64,000 bases of DNA from Squalus acanthias (Eukaryota). Where the stretch lies: contig CM059432.1 in NCBI GenBank assembly GCA_030390025.1, positions 101,868,001 to 101,932,000 on the forward strand, given 5' to 3'. The notes under the pieces were generated by a model. That model was not told the DNA's origin. It did not search any database and worked only from the letters and a program-made list of their open reading frames with translations. This document shows positions 51,890 to 63,540 of this stretch, in pieces. The stretch's first letter is position 1, and each line of letters opens with the position of its first letter. The position numbers and the translations under genes are program-made.

Positions 51890-53021
51890 TGCAGTGCTCG
51901 GAATACATTCTGAGCGTCGGGGTCACCAATGTTGAGGCTGCCGCGAAACACGAATTAAGGCTGAATCCATTTGTGTTAAACAAGAGACCTTTTAATCACA
52001 GCATGGCACAAAATGGCAGACTCAAAAGCCCCCAGAATTCTCTGGGGTAAAACCTGAGGCCCCGCCCCCTTCTGCCTTAAAGGTAAGGTGCCTTAAAGGG
52101 AAGGTGTTGGAAATTTGTCCACAGACGGAAGAGTGGATTATGCCCGTTTTAGGTGGCGATCCGCCACACTACCATATTATGCAGGTAAGAAGAGTCAGCT
52201 ACACCTTTTAAGATGTAGTGCCCATATTCTAAAACTGATGACAAAACACAGACACAGGAAATTACAGACACATTACTTTCATCCCAAACTAGGAGTGACA
52301 GTGGAATTGAAGAAGGTACCTGAGAAATTGCATAATGAGTGGAACAAAATATATATGTTGCCAAAACAACGGCAGATTAAATTCAATCCTGGCAAGTGTA
52401 AAGCTTTGCACATAGGAAAAACAGTGCTGCACGTTTTTCACGAATGGTGTTAAAATCGATAAGGAAGAGGTCGAAAGACACCCACCTCGGAATTTTAGGA
52501 GACCCAGCAGTAAACATGTAAAATGCAAAGCAACAATCAACAAAGTCAATGGAATGCTGAATTACAACCAAAACAGTAGAATATAAGTCAGAGGAAGTTG
52601 TGATCAACTGCACAGTGTTCTGGCCAAACCACACTTTAATTAGTTTCCCATTTTGGTTGGCAAGAAACAAAGGAGATATTTAGGTGCTGGAGGCAGTGCA
52701 GAGAAAAGCCACAAGGCTGGTCACATGTGCCCAAGGACTGGGTTATGAGGAAAGACTAGATAAACCTTTCAGCATGGAAAAGAGACATGTGAAAGGTAAG
52801 ATCATAGAAGTATATAAGTTGGTTAAGGGAATGGAAAGGTAAATAGCTATGAGAGAGTCCAGAACAAGCGTGCATAACCTTAAAATTAGAGCTAGGCCAT
52901 TCAGAGGTGATATCAAGAAGCACTTCTTCACACAAAGGGTAGTGGAAATCTGGAACTCTCTCCTCCATAAATCTGAGAAGTCGCACAACACCAGGTTATA
53001 GTCCAACAGATTTATTTAATT

Positions 53022-53059
53022 TTACAAGCTTTCGGAGCTGTCGCTCCTTCGTCAGGTAA
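53022..53059 (-). ncRNA. Minimal type I hammerhead ribozyme motif (intact stems)
   Basis: Minus strand: UUAC-CUGACGA-A-GGAGC-GACA-GCUCC-GAAAG-CUU-GUAA. Core CUGANGA/GAAA, 5-bp stem II, 4-bp stem I, palindromic stem III AAGCUU. Confidence 0.85.
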
Positions 53060-54773
53060 GTTAGCAATGAGAGAATCTCCCAGAATTCACAATTTAAACC
53101 CAGACAAAATCTATTCACATTATTCGCTACAACAAAGAGCACAACCAAGACAATGAGATGTGTCCCAGGGGGTCCAACGTGTCAAACCACCTGCTGGCTG
53201 CATATCCTGTCAATTTGTGTTCTTTAAAAAAAAAAAAAAAAAAACACCTGGGAAGACCGGCCATGATGTCAAGTCACGTTCTGTATCGTGACATGAACCC
53301 GATATCGCGATTGAGGCCATCCTCATGAGTGCGGAACTTGGCTATCAGTTTCTGCTCTATGATTTTGCGCTGTCGTGTATCTCGAAGGCCGCCTTGGAGA
53401 ACGCTTACCCGCAGATCCGAGGCTGAATGCCCCTGGCTGCACAGGACCTCCAACCAACGCTGTACACCAGATACATCGACGACATCTTCTTCCTTTGGAC
53501 CCACGGCGAAGGATCACTGAAAGGACTACATGATAGCATCAACAGGTTCCATCCCACCATCAAACTCACCATGGACTACTCCTCAGAATCGGTTTCATTC
53601 TTGGACACACGAATCTCCATCAAAGATGGACGCCTCAGCACTTCACTCTACCGCAAGCCCACGGACAACCTCACGATGCTCCACTTCTCCAGCTTCCACC
53701 CTAACCACGTTAAAGAAGCCATCCCCTATGGACAAGCCCTGCGAATACACAGGATCTGCTCAGACGAGGAGGAACGCGATGGACACTACGGACACTGAAA
53801 GACGCTCTCGTAAGAACGGGATATGACGCTCGACTCGTCGATCGACAGTTCCGACGGGCCACAGCGAAAAACCGCATAGACCTCCTCAGAAGACGAACAC
53901 GGGACACAACCAACAGAGTACCCTACGTCGTCCAGTACTTCCCCGGAGCGGAAAAACTACGCCATGTTCTTCGCAGCCTTCAACATGTCATCGATGACGA
54001 CGAACACCTTGCTAAGGCCATCCCCACGCCTCCACTACTCACCTTCAAGCAGCCGCCTAACCTCAAAAGTACCATCGTTCGCAGCAGATTACCCATCTTT
54101 CAGGAGAACAGCAACCAAGACACCACACAACCCTGCCACGGCAACCTCTGCAAGACATGCCAAATCATGGACACAGATACCATCATTACACGTGAGGACA
54201 CTACCCACCAGGTACACGGTACATACTCATGTGACTCGGCCAACGTTGTCTACCTGATACGTTGCAGTAAAGGATGCTCCAGAGCATGGTACATCGGCGA
54301 GACCATGCAGACACTGAGACAACGTATGAACGGACACCGCGCAACAATCGCCAGGCAGGAGGGTTGCCTCCCAGTCGGGGAACACTTCAGCAGCCAGGGG
54401 CATTCAGCCTCGGATCTGCGGGTAAGCGTTCTCCAAGGCGGCCTTCGAGATACACGACAGCGCAAAATCATAGAGCAGAAACTGATAGCCAAGTTCCGCA
54501 CTCATGAGGATGGCCTCAATCACGATATCGGGTTCATGTCACGATACAGAACGTGACTTGACATCATGGCCGGTCTTCCCAGGTGTTTTTTTTTAAAAAG
54601 GCTAACACAAGAACACAAATTGACAGGATATGCAGCCAGCAGGTGGTTTGACACGTTGGACCCCCTGGGACACATCTCATTGTCTTGGTTGTGCTCTTTG
54701 TTGTAGCGAATAATGTGAATAGATTTTGTCTGGGTTTAAATTGTGAATTCTGGGAGATTCTCTCATTGCTAAC

Positions 54774-54811
54774 TTACCTGACGAAGGAACGACAGCTCCG
54801 AAAGCTTGTAA
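54774..54811 (+). ncRNA. Minimal type I hammerhead ribozyme motif (one stem II mismatch)
   Basis: TTAC-CTGACGA-A-GGAAC-GACA-GCTCC-GAAAG-CTT-GTAA. Confidence 0.8.
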
Positions 54812-57520
54812 AATTAAATAAATCTGTTGGACTATAACCTGGTGTTGTGCGACTTCTCATTTTTGTCCACCCCAGTCCAACGCCGGCATCTCCACATCAT
54901 GACCTCCATAAATCTGTTCAGGCTAAATCAATTGAAAATTTCAAAACTGAGATTGATAGATTTTTGTTAGGCAAGGGTATGAAGGTTTACAGAACAAAGG
55001 CGGGTAAATGGAGTTAGGATACAGATCAGCCATGATCTAATTGAATGGCTCAACAGGCTCGAGGGGCTGAATGGCCTACTCCTGTTCCTATGTAAATCCG
55101 AATATTACATTAAATGAAAGTGTGAGATTATGACAAGAATGAAACAAACATAAATGCCCTGGTGACAAAATCTATAAAAATATATTCAGACAACATTCAG
55201 GAAACTATATTTCACAAACAATTATGCACCAAATGTGAAACATTCTGGGAAGTCAGCTTTGATATACTACCTGGTAATGAAGTCCTAAAGGGTATTATAA
55301 TCTATGTAAACATTATTTAGGCTTCACTGTCGATTGTCATTCCCTATCATAAACCTTATTTTAAATTGAAATAATTGATGGAAATGGTTTTACTTTCCAT
55401 TTTTAAAATTTACCATGGAGATTTATTGCATTACACAAAGCATTAAAACTCACTTCCACACAGCAATGTAATGAAACGTATTCAATCTGTAAACAATATA
55501 AAGCAGTAGGCATGCTAACTCAGTGCCAAAGACTGGGTAAGGATGAATATTTAAGTCTCGCTCGGGTAAATTCTCAAACTGAGCCTGGTACTTCCTGGTG
55601 GCCACCTACATGGGACATTGCCAGTGACTTGAAGGGAATCATGTTGCTCTCTCAGCTGCAGAGCTGCTAAGACTGGTTGACTATAGGGGAATAAGGTTAC
55701 ATGAAATGTGGAAGTAACACTCCAAATATTGTCCTTAAAACAAAGTCCAAAGAAACCCACATGATTCATTTTTAAAAAAGCTTCTCATTGCAAATATATG
55801 ATCATGCATAACAATAGGAAATTAGACATTTTTTGTAATATGTATCTGAAAACAGCTTTTGTGTTTATACTTTGTAACATTACCCAAACCCTTTGCTTTG
55901 ATTGTGGTCTTCTCACTCACACTTTAGTATCCATTAACTTCCTATTCAATGAATTGCCATCTGGCACATGGACAAGAAAAGACGAGTGCAGTTTGGACAG
56001 AAGAATTAATGATCTAACATTGATTTTAGTGTAAAATTCTTTGCGTAGAAACACAAACATTTAATGTATAATAATTATTGGAGATGTAAATGACTGAAAA
56101 CTCAGGAGCCAGTCCAGAGGAATTGCTGATGAGTTTTTTTCAGGTATTGTTATAGCACTTAAATTGGTTGAAAGCAATGCACTTGGGAGGAAGGCAACAA
56201 TAGTAGCAGGAAAATTGGAATGAAGGTGGGAGGAATGTCAATAGCTTGGAGAAGGAATAGACAACGATCTTAAGAGAAATGGTAGCATAGAGGGATGACT
56301 AATATGGACAGATTATATCCGATAATACAACAGTCTACTTCTGCCAAGATTATTTTTTTTCCTACTTATGTATGAATGCAACATAAAACTAAACTTTTTG
56401 GGGGTTGACGGCCCTTTGACAATTTTCCCTTTTGCTCCATTATCCTGTGTTGTGCACTGCACTCGGCTGGTAGGGTAGATGGGACATCTGCTCAAAAACC
56501 TCTCCAGTGCCGCTCTAAATCCGCTTGATGAGAGGTGCATGAGAATGATTATGGGATAATCTTCTTCTAATTTTTTTTGTCTGAAGAAGCATGTGACCTC
56601 TGCTTGGCTTGTCCCCAAAACAGTACTGCTGACACTGGGAATTCAGTATGGGCGGAGGATCATCGGCACAACATGAGTACCACCATTTTGTGGTGCAATC
56701 CATTATGACAAACACAATACACCAACACAGAACAGCAAATTTCAAGGTTGGGTACTAAGTGCCAACTACCACAATCATTGAGCTATATATTCTAAACAAT
56801 TAGCTTAACTATTATTTGTTGAAAGATTGCCACAATGGTCCAATCAAATTTAGCTCGAGTGAAATAGTTCAGTTTTCAGATACAATTATGTTCATTATGA
56901 CACAGCCATAGACCAAAAATATGAGGTCCTCTAGCTTCTTCATGCAGCACAATATTCTACTGCTTTTACAAAAATAAGAAACCTAATTAATCATTATCAT
57001 GGTCTATTATTATAACACCAGCAGGTTAACACAAAAGACTGATGTGATATCTGGGGTACTATAACTAGGGACAAGCACCAAACCCAGAATCTGAAACCAA
57101 ATTAGTCCAAATTACAAAAAGTTGGAAATATTCCATAAATGTGAATTGCCCAATTCAAATTATTTTGGATATCAATGCACTTATCCATCTGACAAATGTA
57201 AGTTAGAAGCACAGCATATTGTGGAGAAGGTGAAGTATCCTGTTGAATATATGCAGAATACCTTTTTGAATCTTGTCAAAAGATTTTATCCATCATGGCT
57301 GGATGAATCAGCATTAGTGCCTGCAGCAATTGCAACAAGTAATTCATTTTGTATTTGCCATGATGCTTGAGTGGTTTGCTGGCAGTATAGCGAAAATAGA
57401 AAGGAGGACAACATTTTAGATCTATGATGGAGTGGTCCAGTCATCCAACCAATAGGGGTAGGAATGTGTCTCATGAAGAACAAGAAGTGATAGGAATATG
57501 TCTCAGTTCTTGGCAATACA

Positions 57521-57677
57521 GGGTAAGTTTACCGATTTTGTGCTCCCAACCGATAGCTGCACTCAGATGGAGCATGGCTCAGAGATACAGCGCTATGTTG
57601 TTGTTGCCTTTTCTTCAATCTGTGGACTCTTTGAGCATGGCTCCCCGCTTAGAGCATATTATTTGTGAATTTACCCA
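57521..57677. mobile_element. Short old MITE
   Basis: GGGTAAGTTTAC...GTGAATTTACCC termini. Confidence 0.5.
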
Positions 57678-58711
57678 TATTATTCCAAGTCATTGAGACT
57701 TTAAAACAAGCTGTTTTTCCAATTGTGCATCTAACTGAATGTTCAAATTTAGGATTGAATTTTACATTGCCTGCGTACTTGTCCTTTCTGCAATGCTCGG
57801 TGTTTCTTTGATGACAAACCCTGGGGCAGGGGGGGGGGGGGCAACATGCAGAGAGTTACGAGCTATAAAGGTGGAAATGCGTTGAAGCCCCAACTTTCCG
57901 TGCAAGATTCTGCGCTAGGAGAAGACCATTTCAAAAGGACCCCATATATACCAACACGGAACCAATCTGGAACAACTATATCTATAATATACCTATAACA
58001 TTATTTTCTGTTATTTCAGCCATTCCATCAAACTTGTGATTTCTGCAGATCAATTTTTAGTAACTCAAACAGTCGTACCCATGAATAATTTAAATTTGTG
58101 TTTCCTTAAATCTGTCACAGGTAAAAGATGCAGATCTTCTTGTTCCTCTCATCCCAAATAGTACAGCTATTTCCTGGCTGCATTCTTGTTCTGAATACTA
58201 TGGAATTAATAAGGCAATTCCAAACCAATTTACCCCATGACTGATGGTTAATGTATTATTGTCTGAGTTAATAGCTGCATGTAAATATTTTGCATCAAAA
58301 GCTGTTAATTTGGCAAATTAATTTCCAAATATAATTTTAATTTTACCGTTTGCCCAATGAACAAACAAAGAACCCACAACAAAATAAATAGGTGTGCAGT
58401 GATCTGCAATTGATGGGTTAAAATGGTCAACTAGCTGTTTAATGCCTATATGTTGTTTCAAGTTTTACGGTATAGATACACAGATCTGGATAGCTTAGAA
58501 TATAAAGGTATTGGAGAAAAACGATACACCCTTATAAAAAATATTGAAAGTCCTGTATTGACCGTTGTAGTAAATAGGAAAAAAATAAGTCAGAGAGTTA
58601 AGTACGGCTTTCCAACAGGCCTCTTCGAAATTTAGTTTATGAACCCAAATTAGTTTTCTGAACACCATCAGATTGGTCAACCAGATCTAGCAGGAGTATA
58701 ATAAATACTCT

Positions 58712-59250
58712 GGCCCTGAAAATTCTGTCAAGCTGGCAGAAGAGTGGCAGACAGGCCCAGTCCTGTCCTGAATTCTTGGAGACAGGGTCATCTGCATGAA
58801 AGGGCTGGTCTGCTGACACCTGCAGGGCACCTCAGCCACACTCATCCAGATATTGCTGTGGAAAATCAGAGTGGCGCCATGTCACAACATGGGCAGGAAA
58901 GGAGGCCCTCAAAAGACCCAATGTCTCGGTCAGTGCTCTGTTTCTTCAACTGCCAATGGATCCAACAGGGAATTGATCCCTTCTCGGATTGATTACCTAC
59001 GATAGGAGCCTTTTAAAAGTGTCAATGGGACTTATACCAGCGAGTGTTCGGTTGAGCTGTTCTAAGGGCAGAATGAGTGGAATTTCTGGGGTAGACTAGA
59101 AACTTCCCCAGACACACGCTGTTCTCCTTCACCAAAATTCCCAGCCTGCTCTAAATGGAGTGCAATCCTGGTCTAACCAGAATCTGCCCCACTTTAAGGC
59201 CACCATCTATGCTAGAGAAGCAGCCAGGGCTTAAATGGATTTTCGGGCCC
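58712..59250. mobile_element. MITE
   Basis: GGCCCTGAAAATTC...GGATTTTCGGGCCC termini. Confidence 0.55.
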
Positions 59251-59730
59251 TTGGTGACAAGAGTAGCAAAGAAATGCAGAAAATAGTGTTTATGTCACAT
59301 TAAGACATTAAACTCAGTTGGTTCCATGCCTACTTTACTTCATGTACAATAAACAGAATATGCAGCTAAACACAGTGCTTTATTCCAGCAAGTTCTTTAC
59401 TGAATCCACGTGTGTTCATCACTCATGGGTTTCAAGGTTTTCTTTAGTTGTGGAATAAATAACTTATCTAGTTACTACCTACTGAGTATCTTTCATGTCA
59501 GATGTTTATACCTGCATTAATTATGCATGTTGACTATTTTTTTTCCGGTGGACGGCTTCACATGGAGATCTGAACAACACACTGAAAATTAAAAACAGAT
59601 TCCAACCAACACAGTTTAAAAACCCTAGAGTGCAGCAAAATGTATCACGATAACACCCACCATAAAAGCATAGTGACCTCAAAAAAAGCGAACTGGTTAT
59701 TGGTATTGTACTTGTATTAAATTGGCTTAC

Positions 59731-59843
59731 CTTGATAAAATAATTTAAATCCATGAGCACTGACGGCAAAGTCACTTGTAAGACGCAATGCAAACACGGA
59801 CCCAGTACTTGTCACAGGTGCAGGCATCTGAAAGCCAGTTAGC
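59731..59843 (-). CDS. CSMD3: Internal coding exon (113 bp) of CUB and Sushi multiple domains 3, C-terminal part of the first CUB domain
   Basis: Acceptor TTTCTTTTCTGATGCAG|, donor |GTAAG; open frame LTGFQMPAPVTSTGSVFALRLTSDFAVSAHGFKLFYQ. Closest to my recollection of CSMD3 (PVTST..VFSLRLTSDFAVSAHGFK) rather than CSMD1 or CSMD2. Confidence 0.9.
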
Positions 59844-60139
59844 CTGCATCAGAAAAGAAATGGAACACAATTCATTAAAAACTCATGCACAAAGTCACAT
59901 CAACAAAATTAAAACCAATCTTGACAAAATGACAACTCATCTCGTCAAGAATATGGTTCATATCAGCAATATTTCCATCAAATAAATTTGCCTCCACTTT
60001 TGTCTGCAAGAGGCATCACTGTGTAGTGAATTGAAATTCTACTTTTAGTGGGAGAGAGAATATATTAAAATTGTGAGAATCTATAAAAAAGTAAATGCTA
60101 AAATTGTAGAATAGTTACCACACATGTACAGTTAAACAC

Positions 60140-60803
60140 GGAAATCCGGAAGTTGCAGTCCGATTTGCCCTGCTCCTTCACCGGTACCTCGCCGATAGAC
60201 TCAGCATGCACATACATGAAGGGTGTGAATTTGCAGTACTTACCCATTAGTTACCCACTAAACAAGCCAGAAAAAGTTAAGGCTGGTGCATTCAGGTGTA
60301 AGTACATTTTTAACGGCGTGATAAGTATTAATTACTGCTAAACAACATCTCTCGACTGGAAAAAGTAATTTTACAAGTGTGGAGTCTTGTTCCTTCAGAA
60401 TTTAATTATTGTTGGAGATTTTAAAAAAATTTAAATTTGTATTTTTATCTTTAGTTTTACTTTTTTTTCCTGTCTTTTATCTCTCTCTCTTAATCCCATC
60501 TTTCTTTTCCTGTCTTTATTTAGCTTTCTGTACATGATTTTACATTGAATTAAATATTCTAATTCATACTTCCTGGTTTAGACTCTGCATGTCTCAGTGA
60601 GGATTCTTCAATCTAATTGGTTGAAGAGGCACATGCTTGCCCTACTCACACACCACAGATACCCTGTAGATAGTGCCGCGTTGAAAAGGATCTCTAAATA
60701 CCGTAAGTTGCCACTCAGAAGGCCGCAAAATGTCTGTGGGCAGCTGTAAGCGTGATGAACAGTGAGTGCCGTTCCTTCGCAGCTGACTACAAAATGCGGT
60801 CCA
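60140..60803. mobile_element. Decayed MITE related to the 31581-32330 type
   Basis: CCGGAAGTTGCAGTC...GACTACAAAATGCGG termini; same AT-rich core layout. Confidence 0.55.
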
Positions 60804-62526
60804 ATATTTTACAATATTGAGGTGTAAAGTGTGATCAAATGAATCGTACTTTGGCTATTGACAGTGTCCTACAGTGTAGCCTTGGGATTTCATGGCTTTC
60901 CACAGTTTAAAACACACAGCTTTGTTGTGCTGAGGTGATAAAAACAAAAGAAAAATAAGATGGGGTAATGAACTGTTTTTGACTGGAAGTTAAACAACAC
61001 TATTCCTTCTTAGTCACTAAACAAATTTTCCTCTGGGTAGCTATGGCGATGAAGTTTGGAAAAGTCAACAGTGGGAGAAGTGCAACTCAATAATGCTCAG
61101 AAAATGCTGGAACAGAAATGACGCCTGCCATTATTATTACGTAAAAAACCCCAGCAAGTTGTGGTGAAGAATAGATAGGCCATGAGCTCCGATTCTCCAC
61201 AAATTGCTGGATGATTTGCGCCACTCCACCATTAGCTTTGACAAAACCAAAATAATTAACAGCTCGCCATGAGCCTCTCCATTGTGTGTCATTAAATTGC
61301 TGGATTTAGGCTGTTAATGTGAATTAATCTTGCCGCTGCTATTTAGGGCTGGTAATTTATGTTATAACAACCCTGTTAATGACGTGATCTTTGGTCCTGA
61401 CATGCCACTCAACCTTGGAGGCCGAGAAAGGGAACAATGAAGCTATGGAATCTCACTCCAACAGCTAGTGAATTGTTCCTAGAGGTTTTATAAATTTAAT
61501 TTTTTTTCTTATTTTTCCTCTCTCCTTTTATTCCTCTCTCTCTTAATCCAACCTTTCTATTCTCTTTATTTCTCTTTCTGTATCTAATTTGAATCTAATT
61601 CATCCTATTTCCTTCTCTGTCGCTCACCCTGTTTCTTTCTATATCCTTAAATTTCATTAGTTAAGGAGTTAGACTGTTGGTCTCGATGTTCATGCAGTCC
61701 CAGATGCCCCATTGACATTGCCCACTTGCATTTCCAACAATCTGCAGTGCAAAAATAATATAATCTGAAGGGTGAGGTAAAAAATCCAATTCATGGCATT
61801 TGCCGCGAGATGCGCTGCTTCAGCAATTTCTGGGCCATTATAACTAGTCTTATAAAGTTAAAACACACAGCTTTGTTGTGCTGATTTTGTTTTGCAGATT
61901 GGGCAGAGTGGAATGGTATCTGCCTCCAAACAAAGTTTTCTGTAAAGAACTAAAGCAGTGATTTTCCAACTTTTTCTGTGTCTAGCCTGCTGGAAATATG
62001 AACGCATTTACAGGGACCCCTATAATCCCTGGCACACAGATAATGTAACACTATGAATGCAACACTATGAGTTATGTACTTATTAAAAGAATAGTAATGC
62101 AATAATTCACCTGTTTGGGATGCAATATTGCATCAGATATAGTCTTCTGTAACATGTACAAAGTGGAAACTAAGCAAGGAAGTGCATGTTATGTAGAAGT
62201 AGACAACTCCTACTTATGATGCCTAAACTACATGCAATGAATTTATGTGTTATCTCTGCCTTCATAAAAAAACAAGAAGTTCAATATATACGAATGGGTC
62301 TAACAAAATTGTTATAATTTTGGTTGAACTGAGATTTGCAAATGTAAAAAATGGTGAACTAAATTTAACGAAATGGAACCTAATGACACAGGCCTGAGAG
62401 TGTGTATATATAACATTTTGATGATTCTCAATACAACCTGGCTAGATTAAGTTATACAAATAAGTTGATTTTGTTTATACCATGCTTTGTCCTAAATTAC
62501 AACAGACACTTCAAAAGTTTCCATAC

Positions 62527-63540
62527 CAGTGCTTCCGACATGTCTTCCTTTTTCCTCAACCGAGGATTCCCCTCTACTGTGGTTGACACGGCCCTTGACC
62601 GTGTCCGTTCCATTTCCCGCAATTCTGCTTTCACCCCTTCCCCTCCCTCCCAGAACCATGATAGGGTTCCCCTTGTCCTCACCTTTCACCCCACCAGCCT
62701 CCACATTCAACGGATCATCCTCCACCATTTCCGCCACCTCCAACGTGATCCCACTACCAAACGCATCTTCCCGTCACCTCCCCTTTCAGCATTCCGAAGG
62801 GACCGCTCCCTCCGCGACACCCTGGTCCACTCCTCAATCACCCCTAACAGCCCTTCCCCTTCGCCTGGCACCTTCCCGTGCAAGCGCAGGAGATGCAACA
62901 CATGCCCTTTTACCTCCTCCCTTCCCACTGTCCAGGGCCCCAAACACCCCTTCCAGGTGAAACAGCGATTTACTTGTACTTCTTGCAATTTAGTATACTG
63001 TATTCGCTGCTCACGATGTGGTCTCCTCTACATTGGGGAGACCAAACGCAGATTGGGTGACCGCTTTGCGGAACACCTCCGTTCAGTCCGTAAGGGTAAC
63101 CCTGAGCTTCCGGTCGCTTGTCACTTTAATTCACTGCTTCACTCCCACTCTGACCTCTCTGTCCTCGGCCTATTACATTGTTCCAATGAAGCTCAATGTA
63201 AGCTCGAGGAACAGCACCTCATCTTTCGATTAGGCACTTTACAGCCTTCTGGCCTCAACATTGAGTTCAGCAATTTCAAACTATAACCCCTACCCCCATT
63301 TTTCATGCTGTATGATTTTGCCATTCCCATTTGCAACATTTTATCTTTCCTGCCTCTTACAAAAGCACAGTATGTTCCTTCAATTCCTTCCTCCCCTCCT
63401 GTCTCTGCACCTGCTTAATATCTGTTACATATCCAGCTTTTTCCAGTTCTGATGAAGGGTCCCAGACCTGAAACATTAACTCTGTTTCTCTCTCCACGGA
63501 TGCTGCCTGGCCTGCTGAATTTTTCCAGCGTTTTCTGTTG
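62527..63540 (+). mobile_element. Second Penelope-like family: GIY-YIG C-terminal ORF (to 63286) and terminal repeat
   Basis: PLVLTFHP, CKRRRCNTC, LVYCIRCSRCGLLYIGETKRRLGDRFAEH, GLN; hammerhead-bearing repeat downstream. Confidence 0.9.
63445..63481 (+). ncRNA. Degenerate minimal hammerhead ribozyme motif
   Basis: AGTT-CTGATGA-AG-GGTC-CCA-GACC-T-GAAAC-ATT-AACT; stem III palindrome broken (AACATT instead of AACGTT). Confidence 0.7.

Larger units (their letters stand above)
48654..52168 (-). mobile_element. Gypsy LTR retrotransposon of CsRn1-like type, both LTRs present, internally rearranged
   Basis: 239-bp LTRs (48654-48892, 51930-52168; TG...CA); PBS TGGTGACCCCGACG (tRNA-Trp complement) on minus at 51915-51928; G-rich PPT near 48895-48905; TSD TTAC/CTAC. 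Confidence 0.95.
52974..54902 (+). mobile_element. Penelope-like element: inverted partial terminal repeat + 5'-truncated RT/GIY-YIG body + terminal repeat and tail
   Basis: RT YTRYIDDIFFLW and YRKPTD; GIY-YIG VVYLIRCSKGC...YIGET; inverted arms 52974-53440 / 54390-54859; tail 54860-54902; TSD CCTCCATAAATCTG at 52962-52975 and 54903-54916. Confidence 0.95.
52290..55092 (+). mobile_element. Decayed CR1 fragments, split by the Penelope insertion
   Basis: KFNPGKCKALHIG-type peptide and HFFTQRVVEIWNSL up to 52961; resumes at 54917 and ends GGCCTACTCCTGTTCCTATG. Confidence 0.8.

Noticed and set aside
57286..57326. Possible minus-strand terminal exon (GTNADSSSHDG*)
   Set aside because: Weak polypyrimidine tract and no homology or other support.
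58121..58213. Plus-strand exon-like stretch (TCACAG|VKDADLLVPLIPNSTAISWLHSCSEYYGINK)
   Set aside because: Opposite strand to CSMD3, no canonical GT donor and no recognisable homology; likely chance.
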